Part shown: positions 45,557 through 52,850 of the stretch, in pieces
How the letters are laid out: the number at the start of each line of letters is the position of its first letter
How positions within the stretch are numbered: position 1 is the stretch's first letter
From: a virus
Lineage: Duplodnaviria > Caudoviricetes
Reading direction: 5' to 3' (one strand)
Length of the DNA: 52,850 nt
Virus record (IMG/VR): IMGVR_UViG_3300048930_000349
Span: 1 to 52,850 of that record
Notes under the pieces: model-generated
Told to the model about the DNA's origin: nothing
What the model saw: only the letters and a program-made list of their open reading frames with translations
Databases searched by the model: none
Translations under genes and position numbers: made by a program

Positions 45557-45937
45557 TTACTTGATTTCAAAGAGGTAGGTGCCGCTGGTAATGCCGATGG
45601 TCACAGTTCTATCCAGCGTCGTGTAGCCAGCAATATCGGTGTTATAAACCCATGAGCCCGAACCGCCACGATTGACGCCATCAATGTAAACATTCAGGCT
45701 ACTGACAAGAGACAAGCAGTCGCCAATAAACCAAACTGCAAGATCCGTTCCCGTCCATGATGCGCTGGCCATCGTGAAGCTCGGAACTGGTTCCGCATCT
45801 ATGCTTCCTATGCTGACGCCCTGACCCGCAGGTGTGTCGTACCCGTACAATATGCCGCTGAAGTCCCCAACGGTCAGATTGCACGAATATCCACCCGAGA
45901 CGGCGGGCGCATTCATCAGTTTTTGCCAGATCAGCAT
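45557..45937 (-). CDS. Putative receptor-binding / fibre tip protein
   Basis: Beta-rich, more A/T-rich codons, coupled to the upstream fibre gene. Confidence 0.5.
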   Translation of the reverse strand: MLIWQKLMNAPAVSGGYSCNLTVGDFSGILYGYDTPAGQGVSIGSIDAEPVPSFTMASASWTGTDLAVWFIGDCLSLVSSLNVYIDGVNRGGSGSWVYNTDIAGYTTLDRTVTIGITSGTYLFEIK

Positions 45938-46752
45938 CAGGCAACGTCCCCGATGTGCTTGCCATAGATCGCGTCAGCGTCTCGCCACAGCGCCACCACA
46001 GTCCAGCCGGTGGTCGCCAGCGTCGGCGGCGAGCCGCCCACCCACGTCACGCCCAGCGTTGACCAGGTGATCGAGTAGGCTGAGCCGTCGTTGATCTTGA
46101 GCAAGAGCCCCTTGCCCGCTGTCCAACCGCCCGGTGCCGCCGCAGGCGTACGGTTCGCCCCAAGCGTGATTTTCTGCAAGCTGCCGTTCGACGGGTCGAT
46201 CACGAAGGCCGCGCCGTCCGTGATGGTGAACTCCTCCTCGTCAAGCGCACCGTCGAGGATCAGGTCGGTTATCGTCTTGCCCGAGAGCGTCTGCGTGCGC
46301 GAGAGCGTGACAACCTCAACGCCCTCAATCGTCATCACGCCAGCGGCAGAGCGTGCGAGGGTCGTGTCTGTGGCGTGCCCAAGTTCAATTGTTGAGAATT
46401 GCTGTGCCGCCGTCCACGACTGAACCCGGTCGAGAAGACCAACATCGGCCATCGAAATGGTCAAGAACACTTCAGCGGTTCCAGACAGGTTGATCTTGGA
46501 CGTTCCCGCCGTGCCGCCGATCTTGGACGCAATCACCGTGTCACGGCTCATCGTCGTGCCGGAAGTCGTGTAGGTCCCGGTGCCGATCTCGAAGTCGTTT
46601 CCGTCCGTGATGACATACGTCACCGTGTTCGTGTTGGCCACGCCAGCCTCGGCAAACGTCAGATAACCAGCCTTTGCCGTCCCGAGCGTAATTGTGCCGG
46701 TTCCGGTCGTGGCCGTGGTCATCCAGGCGCGGTTTGCATAGGCTTTGGCCAT
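45937..46752 (-). CDS. Fibre-like virion protein
   Basis: TTATTGTGTITLG N-domain, TQTLSGKT, ITWSTLGVTWVGGSPPTL. Confidence 0.65.
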   Translation of the reverse strand: MAKAYANRAWMTTATTGTGTITLGTAKAGYLTFAEAGVANTNTVTYVITDGNDFEIGTGTYTTSGTTMSRDTVIASKIGGTAGTSKINLSGTAEVFLTISMADVGLLDRVQSWTAAQQFSTIELGHATDTTLARSAAGVMTIEGVEVVTLSRTQTLSGKTITDLILDGALDEEEFTITDGAAFVIDPSNGSLQKITLGANRTPAAAPGGWTAGKGLLLKINDGSAYSITWSTLGVTWVGGSPPTLATTGWTVVALWRDADAIYGKHIGDVA

Positions 46753-47121
46753 CTATCGGACTTCCCAAAATGGACGGGGATGCGTGATCTCGCCCGTCAC
46801 AGGGTTCTTTGACCCGCCAACGCAAAACGATACATGGCAGCGCCCGCAGGAGCAGTGCAGCTTGTACACGTCAGGAATGCCCTTGGCCTGTTCGCTGGCC
46901 TTGGAATACCACGCCTCTATTTCGATGTTCGCCACCTGATGGCAGCACTCGTTCGGGGCGTTGTTGACCACCTTGTCGTGGAACCGCTGAACGGTCGGAC
47001 ACAGCCTCAACGCCCGCTCCAGCGGAATGCGGGGGCAGGCGAGGATGTGTTCGCAGTCCAGGGGTTGCCACGCCAGCGTGCGCGGCTGGTTGCCCCATTC
47101 GATGGCGTCAGTGTACATCAT
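46753..47121 (-). CDS. Cys-rich hypothetical protein
   Basis: CC and HCSCGRCH motifs; ATGA coupling. Confidence 0.55.
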   Translation of the reverse strand: MMYTDAIEWGNQPRTLAWQPLDCEHILACPRIPLERALRLCPTVQRFHDKVVNNAPNECCHQVANIEIEAWYSKASEQAKGIPDVYKLHCSCGRCHVSFCVGGSKNPVTGEITHPRPFWEVR

Positions 47122-47534
47122 GCAAAGGTCGCGAGGCTCGCGCCAAAGTCAACGGTAAACGTCTCGCCGTTGCCCACGGTGAACGATGAACCATAGTCGT
47201 AGGAGTTCATCAAGATGTCAGTGGTGGCCGTATCGTCATGGATGGACACATAGCGAGCGGAACCCCAGTCGCCAGCGGTCGCGGTCCAAACCACGTCAAC
47301 GGCCGTCATGGTGACAGTGCCGCCCGCGCGGGTGCCATCGTTCTGGATGTCCTCGCCCCCCGCCGTGTAGCCGGTGCCGGTGACCTGGGTGAGGTCGGCC
47401 AGCTCGTCATCCGTGGCCACAACGGGGGCATCCGAGTGGATGACGGCCCGGAACGTGTCGGTGGTGCCGAACACATCCACCTCCTCATTCACCAGGGCTT
47501 CGATGAAATGCTCGTACTTAACAAAGGTTGCCAT
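47118..47534 (-). CDS. Virion structural protein
   Basis: GTGYTAGG...DVVWTA...DYGSSFTVGNGETFTVDF; GGGAG RBS. Confidence 0.7.
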   Translation of the reverse strand: MATFVKYEHFIEALVNEEVDVFGTTDTFRAVIHSDAPVVATDDELADLTQVTGTGYTAGGEDIQNDGTRAGGTVTMTAVDVVWTATAGDWGSARYVSIHDDTATTDILMNSYDYGSSFTVGNGETFTVDFGASLATFA

Positions 47535-47582
47535 CGTCGTGGGCTCCCGCTCAGGTTGGGGTTACAGGGTGAATGCTTAACA

Positions 47583-47984
47583 TCATTTAACGCTCGCATA
47601 AATGGTGGACCCGACCAGCGGCCGGGCCACGATGCGCTCGATGTCGCCCGCCGCATTGCGGACCACATCGAACTGGTAAGGCTGCTTCGGCTGGGGCGGA
47701 GCGGGAAGCGGCTGAGCTTTGGCCGCTTGCTCCACCTTCGCGGCCAGGCTGTCAAGGCGCGCGAGGATCTCGAGGGTCTTGGGATCCGGCTCCTCGGGGC
47801 CCTCATCGGCGGCCTCGTTTGCGATGATCTCGCGCACCAACGTCTCGATCTGGGCCAGGCGCTTGATGACGATCGGGTCGGTGAGCACTCGCTCCACGGT
47901 GCGGGGGACAATCTTCTCCACCACCCGCTCGATGACTTTCGGCTGGGGCAACTCATTGGTGAGGTATTCACGCTTAACCCGCAT
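47583..47984 (-). CDS. Hypothetical coiled-coil protein
   Basis: GGAG RBS; C-terminal YQFDVVRNAAGDIERIVA. Confidence 0.6.
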   Translation of the reverse strand: MRVKREYLTNELPQPKVIERVVEKIVPRTVERVLTDPIVIKRLAQIETLVREIIANEAADEGPEEPDPKTLEILARLDSLAAKVEQAAKAQPLPAPPQPKQPYQFDVVRNAAGDIERIVARPLVGSTIYASVK

Positions 47985-50900
47985 TGATACACTCCAGGAG
48001 TTGCCGCAATGACTGGATCCGCGTTAGCATGAAATCGACTGCATCTCCAGCGTTCACCGGGATGGCCTTGCCGGTCTCGTCCACCGCCATGACCGTGGCA
48101 TCCCGCCAGGGGCCGGGTTGCATCAGGGGATCGGAAGCCGTACCCTGTGACAACGTGCCATCTTGAGCCGCGGCCTGGTCTGCACCAGGTCTGTTATTAA
48201 AGGAGGGATCCGTGAAATTCGTAGATTGGGAGAGCCGCCCGGCGCTTTGGTCGGTGGGCAAGGCCTGGGCCATATTGGCGCCGGGAGAAGACTGGACCCC
48301 CGTTGACTCCATCGAGGTCGGGGAGTCGGGGAAAGTCCTGCCCAGCGCGGAGTCGCTGGCGGAGACCTTCTCGAGCACCTTCGGCGCGCTGCCGCCATTC
48401 CCCAGCACCACGGCGGACCAGGACGGCGGGAGCGAGTCCACGATCGGCGCGTAAAGGTCGATCATCGCCTGCTCGAGTTGGGCCCGCTCCGGGCCTTCCG
48501 GCATGGAGCGCGAGGCCGTGTAAAGCTCGGTGCCGCCGCCCTTCATCTTGGCATAGGCAAGCTGCGGCTCCCACACCTGAACCTCGCCGATCGTCCCGTC
48601 ATAGAAGCGCACCGCCACCTTGCGGTCGAAATAGCCGTGCGGGGTGACGATCCAGCCCTCATCAAGGACATCGAAGAATTCCGCCAAGCGTTGCACCAAG
48701 GCATCGGCCTGTTGCGGGGTCTGCACCTCGAAGCCGGAGCGCACCAGGTCACCGAGCTGCTTGGTCGAGCGGTAGCCCTTGCGGCCAATCTTCTCCTCGG
48801 TGGTGGCGCGCTTCTTGATGCCGGGGTTCTTGAAGGTGATGCCCAGATCCTGGGCGATCTCCTGACCGGCGGCGACCAGCTCGTCCTGGCGGCGCTGCAG
48901 GATGCCGCCCTCATAAAGCTCGTCGAGGCTGCGTTCGGGCTGGCTGTCCATGAACGCTTTGCCGATCTCCTTGGCCGTGGCCGGAGGATGATTCGGCGCC
49001 GAGAACGCAAAACCCTGCTGGTCGGCGTCATCGCTGAACAGGCCGAGGTCCATGGCCTTCTGGGGGCGCTTCGGGCGGAGCGGGGCGGCGGCGCGCATTT
49101 CCGCCAAGCGCTTGTCGCCTATGCGCTCGGCGCCGGGGATGACGGCCTGGGGTTTGTTGTCGGCGCCGGTTTCAAACAGCCCCGGTCCGGCCTGGACGGG
49201 GCGGCGGGAGAAGGCGATGTTGGGCTGGCCTTGGAGGGCCTCGTCAATCGCCTCACCGATCGCCTGGGCCGAGAGAAGGTCACCGGCCTCATCGAAGGAT
49301 CCGCGGCTCTGCGGATATATGCGGGAGAGTGCCTCCTTGGCCTTCTCGAGCGGCACCTCGGTGATCAATTCCTCGGTGAAATTTGCATCCTCCCCGAAGG
49401 AGTAGGCAATCCGCGCCTTGCCATCCGGCCAGGGCGTGAGATCCACGCCGATCTCGGATGATGTCGCTTGCCCCCCCACCTTGTTGGAGCGCTCATATTT
49501 TCCGGCCTTCTGGGGCGGCGCGGTGATCTTGTACACCGCGATTGAGTTGCCCGATCCGCCTGCAAAAGCCGGGCTATCGAAATCGTCCAGTTGCCCGGCA
49601 TGGCGAGCCACGCCCCCGAGGTTTCCGGCATTCTTGCCGCGCACCGAACGCGAGCCCTGGCGCTGGATCCGCGCCACATAATAGGTGCCGGACACATCGT
49701 CATTGACGCGGAACGCCGGAGCGCCAGGCTCTAGTCTTGCGGCAATGCCCGTTTCACTCTCGCGTCCAGCCGCGCCAGGGATACCCCCGTCCGCACCAGT
49801 TGCCGGACCCGATCGGCGGAGCTGGTCGAGAAAATCTCGGACAACGACCTGTCGGGAACCGCCGTCTTTAAGTCGCTTTGCGGCGGCGGCGAGGGCGTCG
49901 GCAACGGGGCCTTTGCGCCGCGCTTGGGCTTGGAGGGTTGCGAGGATTTCGGCATCTTGGGTGGCCCTTTTTGCATTGGTCTGGGTGGCGAGCTTGTTGC
50001 CTGCTCCGGTGAGGCGGGCCTCCTCGCGCACCAGGGTGGCGAAGGCGGCGCGGTCCTTGCGGATGGCGGTGGCGGCGGCGCTCAAGACCTGGGCGCGCTC
50101 CTTGAAAAGGATCTGCGTCACCTCGGCCGAGCCGAACATATCCTCCATGGTGGACTGCACGGCCGGGGCCTCGAGGGCATCCCGGATCATGCTCTCCGCC
50201 TCAATCGCATTGTCCGGCTGCTCTTTGGCGAGGAGCCCGAGCAGCTCGGCATGGGTCTTCGGATCCGGCGCCAGGCGGCCCACCTGGGCGGCATAGCCTG
50301 CCGGAACTTTCTTGTTGATAACCATCCCGAAGGCGTCATCCGAGAGGCTGGCGAGCCCCTGGGCATCGCGCACCAGGGCGGAAGTCGGAGGGAGATCGAC
50401 CCCCATGTCCGGCCGCGAGCGCAGGATTTTGGCGGCGTCGATCGCGTTGCCGGTGCCCTCTGCGATGTTCTTGGCGGCGGCGATCGCCCGGGCGTCCTCG
50501 GCCGTCACGCCGTCCGCTTCCCGGAGGACCACGGCGCGGATCTTCGGATCCTGGCCTTCCTTCTCGAGGCGCGAGGCGAGGCCATGGCGCTGGTGGCCAT
50601 CGGCAATGAAGAAGTTGCCCTCGAGATCCTCCCACACCAGGGTCACGCCGGACTTGATCGGGTCCCATGTCTTCACGCCCTTGAGGCGATCGGTGACTCC
50701 GGCCTCGTCGCCGCCGTCCTTGAACTGGAAGCGCTTGGCGTCAACCTTGAGATCGGAGGGGCTGAACTGGCGCTCGGTGCGGTCGATCGGCAGGGGCGCG
50801 GGCGGGGCCTGGCGCGGTGCCGGGGTGGTGACTTCAAACATAGATTCGCGAGCGGGGTTGGCCTCGAAGCCCGGGCCCTGGAGCATGGTGGGGGTCTCGA

Positions 50901-52494
50901 GCTGCACCTTGCCATCGGGGAGCACCACGGCGCGGCGGCCGTCATCCCTGCCCCTGTCCCACACCTGGTTCCCGTCCGCGTTGACGCCGATCTGCTTGGC
51001 ATCCGGGCCCAGGGGTTTTGGGGGGGCAAGTTCAGCGGCAGGCGTTGCCTCGGTGACCAGCTCGGCGGTGGGCGGCGCATCGGGGGCGGTGCCGCCGGTG
51101 AGGTCGGCCCATTCCTGGTCAACCTCGGCGGCGCGCTGGCTGGCGATCGCCTCCTTGACGCCGCGGCCATCGTCGCCGCTGATGCCAGGGCGGAATTCAC
51201 CGGAGGAGAACAGGCCGCCGGGATTGAGAATCCCCAAGTGCTTGGTGGGGTCCGCGTCGATCGCCTGGATCTCGGGGCTGTCGGCGCCGAAGGTCTTGAT
51301 TGCCTTCTCGAGGGCGTCGGCATGGCGCTCGCCGGTGAAAATCTTGCCGCCTGCCATGAGGGCCGGGGTCTTCTCGCCGCGATACTTGGCCGGGTCTACC
51401 GAGAGATCCGCGGCCTCCTGCTGCACGATGAAATCACCGATCGGGTTGCCGGGGAGATCGAGAGGAACATCCTCATTGGTCAGCCCGCCCGGGGTCTCGG
51501 GCTCGGCCTGGGGAATATCCCCCGCGCGCCCGGCGTTGAGGTAGTCATCGAGTTGCGCCGCCTGCTCGGGGGTGAGATTGCGCGTGCCCACCACCTCGCC
51601 AAAGAGATCCTCCTGGGCCTGGGCGAGATCCTGGGCGCTGTACTCCGCTTGCAGCTCTGCCGCGGTGGGGGGCGCCATGGTCTGGGGCGGCGGGGTTTCA
51701 GCTTGCGGCTGGCGCGGGGCCATCGGGCCGGGGGCGGGAGGAGCGGACGCGGCGCGGGCGGCTTCCCGAGTGTAGAAGTCGGCGGCGGCGCGGCCGTCGA
51801 GGTAACCGAAGGGGATGCCAAAGGCACCACCGGCCAAGGCATCGACACCGAGCGAGAGCCAGTCCACCTCATCGCGCATATCGGCGCCGAATTCCTCCGC
51901 CTGGACGGCGCCGTTCAGCGCCACGTTCATGGCGGCATTGGAGACGCCGTGATCGAGGAGCCGTGAGAGCATCGGATAGGCCATGCGCCAGCCGGTCGTG
52001 CCGATCTTGACCACCGGCCCGACGAGGGAGAGAGGATCCGTCACGGCACCGGCAACAGCACCACCCACCGCGGCGGCATAGTCGCCAGCCGTTTCGGCGG
52101 GTTTCATGCCCTCGAATTGCGCTTGGCGCTCGCGGCGCATGTCGCGGAGGAAATCCGCTGTCTGCTTCCCGGCCTCAGGGCCGACACCGACACCACCGAC
52201 ATAGCCCATGTCGGCGTCCTGGATCTCGCCCAGGTCATTGAGGCCCGGCGTGCCGTATTGCTGGGCGTTGCGGAAATGCTGGACGAACCGCTCTTTCCAA
52301 TCGACATCGGCGGGAGCGGATCGCTCCGCGAAATCCGTATCGGCGCGGAAGGCCTCATAGGGATTCTGGTCCGGCTTCACCTGGAGGCCCATGTCCGGCT
52401 TGTAAGGCACCGGCTCGCGCGCCGTGATGGCGCGGGTCTGGGCCTCGCCTTCAGGGCTCCAGCTATCAGTCGGTGTGCCGGGCATCGTGACCAT
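47974..52494 (-). CDS. Large polyvalent (ejection) protein with ParB-like and RelA/SpoT-like domains
   Basis: 1506 aa; ParB-like FFIADGHQR at about 50400-50770; SAS-like IKKRATTEEKIGRK...LGDLVR...GYFD...GEVQ at about 48460-48850. Confidence 0.8.
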   Translation of the reverse strand: MVTMPGTPTDSWSPEGEAQTRAITAREPVPYKPDMGLQVKPDQNPYEAFRADTDFAERSAPADVDWKERFVQHFRNAQQYGTPGLNDLGEIQDADMGYVGGVGVGPEAGKQTADFLRDMRRERQAQFEGMKPAETAGDYAAAVGGAVAGAVTDPLSLVGPVVKIGTTGWRMAYPMLSRLLDHGVSNAAMNVALNGAVQAEEFGADMRDEVDWLSLGVDALAGGAFGIPFGYLDGRAAADFYTREAARAASAPPAPGPMAPRQPQAETPPPQTMAPPTAAELQAEYSAQDLAQAQEDLFGEVVGTRNLTPEQAAQLDDYLNAGRAGDIPQAEPETPGGLTNEDVPLDLPGNPIGDFIVQQEAADLSVDPAKYRGEKTPALMAGGKIFTGERHADALEKAIKTFGADSPEIQAIDADPTKHLGILNPGGLFSSGEFRPGISGDDGRGVKEAIASQRAAEVDQEWADLTGGTAPDAPPTAELVTEATPAAELAPPKPLGPDAKQIGVNADGNQVWDRGRDDGRRAVVLPDGKVQLETPTMLQGPGFEANPARESMFEVTTPAPRQAPPAPLPIDRTERQFSPSDLKVDAKRFQFKDGGDEAGVTDRLKGVKTWDPIKSGVTLVWEDLEGNFFIADGHQRHGLASRLEKEGQDPKIRAVVLREADGVTAEDARAIAAAKNIAEGTGNAIDAAKILRSRPDMGVDLPPTSALVRDAQGLASLSDDAFGMVINKKVPAGYAAQVGRLAPDPKTHAELLGLLAKEQPDNAIEAESMIRDALEAPAVQSTMEDMFGSAEVTQILFKERAQVLSAAATAIRKDRAAFATLVREEARLTGAGNKLATQTNAKRATQDAEILATLQAQARRKGPVADALAAAAKRLKDGGSRQVVVRDFLDQLRRSGPATGADGGIPGAAGRESETGIAARLEPGAPAFRVNDDVSGTYYVARIQRQGSRSVRGKNAGNLGGVARHAGQLDDFDSPAFAGGSGNSIAVYKITAPPQKAGKYERSNKVGGQATSSEIGVDLTPWPDGKARIAYSFGEDANFTEELITEVPLEKAKEALSRIYPQSRGSFDEAGDLLSAQAIGEAIDEALQGQPNIAFSRRPVQAGPGLFETGADNKPQAVIPGAERIGDKRLAEMRAAAPLRPKRPQKAMDLGLFSDDADQQGFAFSAPNHPPATAKEIGKAFMDSQPERSLDELYEGGILQRRQDELVAAGQEIAQDLGITFKNPGIKKRATTEEKIGRKGYRSTKQLGDLVRSGFEVQTPQQADALVQRLAEFFDVLDEGWIVTPHGYFDRKVAVRFYDGTIGEVQVWEPQLAYAKMKGGGTELYTASRSMPEGPERAQLEQAMIDLYAPIVDSLPPSWSAVVLGNGGSAPKVLEKVSASDSALGRTFPDSPTSMESTGVQSSPGANMAQALPTDQSAGRLSQSTNFTDPSFNNRPGADQAAAQDGTLSQGTASDPLMQPGPWRDATVMAVDETGKAIPVNAGDAVDFMLTRIQSLRQLLECINAG
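48212..48454 (+). CDS. Nested antisense gene, candidate antitoxin/immunity protein
   Basis: AAGGAGG RBS 6 nt before GTG; globular 80-aa product with 4 Trp; host frame turns Ser-rich over the same span. Confidence 0.6.
   Translation: MKFVDWESRPALWSVGKAWAILAPGEDWTPVDSIEVGESGKVLPSAESLAETFSSTFGALPPFPSTTADQDGGSESTIGA
49731..49955 (-). CDS. Candidate nested same-strand alternative-frame gene
   Basis: G/C-ending codon bias moves from the host frame to this frame; MPKSSQPSKPKRG...; alternative ATG at 49976. Confidence 0.4.
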   Translation of the reverse strand: MPKSSQPSKPKRGAKAPLPTPSPPPQSDLKTAVPDRSLSEIFSTSSADRVRQLVRTGVSLARLDARVKRALPQD

Positions 52495-52497
52495 GAG

Positions 52498-52850
52498 CTA
52501 CTCCTGCGGGGCCTTGGGCATCCACTTACCGGCGGAACCGGGTCCATAGATGGCATCGAACTGAGCGGTGGAATTCGGGTTGTTGATCAGAAAGTCAACG
52601 GCGCGGCGCGAGGGAGCGGGCCATCCGCCCTCCGGCTCTTGGGGCTTGGGCTGTACGGTGCGCGGGCCCGGCCGTCCGGTCTGCGCAGGCGGGGCGCCAG
52701 CAGCGGCGGGCGGGGTGGGGGCTGGGGTGGTGGCCTGGGCGGGGACTTGCCCGTCCATGGCCTTCTCTGCCACGCTGGCCTCGGTTGCGTCCTCGAGGCC
52801 TTGCGTCTCGCTCACGGTGGGCTGCTCGCCCTTCTGGATCTTGCGGTAGA
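52498..52850 (-). CDS. 3' end of the lysozyme-domain ejection protein that starts at 2159
   Basis: In-frame continuation across the circular junction; ends FDAIYGPGSAGKWMPKAPQE. Confidence 0.8.
   Translation of the reverse strand, partial: YRKIQKGEQPTVSETQGLEDATEASVAEKAMDGQVPAQATTPAPTPPAAAGAPPAQTGRPGPRTVQPKPQEPEGGWPAPSRRAVDFLINNPNSTAQFDAIYGPGSAGKWMPKAPQE
52724..52850. repeat. Terminal overlap identical to 1..127
   Basis: Exact identity. Confidence 0.95.

Noticed and set aside
35367-47534. Diversity-generating retroelement as in BPP-1
   Set aside because: No reverse transcriptase and no TR/VR pair differing at adenines was seen
47577-47591. CtrA box upstream of the fibre cassette
   Set aside because: TTAA-N6-TTAA, one base short of the N7 consensus; single instance

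Overview
The window is a complete, circularly assembled genome (about 52.7 kb; the first and last 127 nt are identical) of a GC-rich tailed podophage, probably infecting an alphaproteobacterium. The morphogenesis module is BPP-1/T7-like: TerS, TerL, portal, scaffold, capsid, tail tubular A and B, and ejection proteins. Replication and recombination genes are lambdoid-style (DUF1376/YdaU-like initiator, RecE/RecT, RuvC-like, Rad50-like ATPase). It also encodes two DNA methyltransferases, an amidase-holin-spanin lysis cassette and an early region built from repeated promoter/RBS cassettes. I could not recognise an integrase, DNA or RNA polymerase, tRNA, CRISPR array or reverse transcriptase. The best candidate for a new system is a 1506-aa putative virion-delivered polyvalent protein with a RelA/SpoT-like domain. 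That domain is followed immediately by an 80-aa gene hidden on the opposite strand with a strong RBS, which may be a nested antitoxin. Other highlights are tail-fibre-like proteins with Sec and Tat export signals, a C5 methyltransferase gene holding an in-frame non-intein HNH insertion and a nested alternative-frame gene, a Tad2-like anti-defence gene between the terminase subunits, and a structured capsid leader RNA. All family calls come from motif recognition by eye, not database searches.
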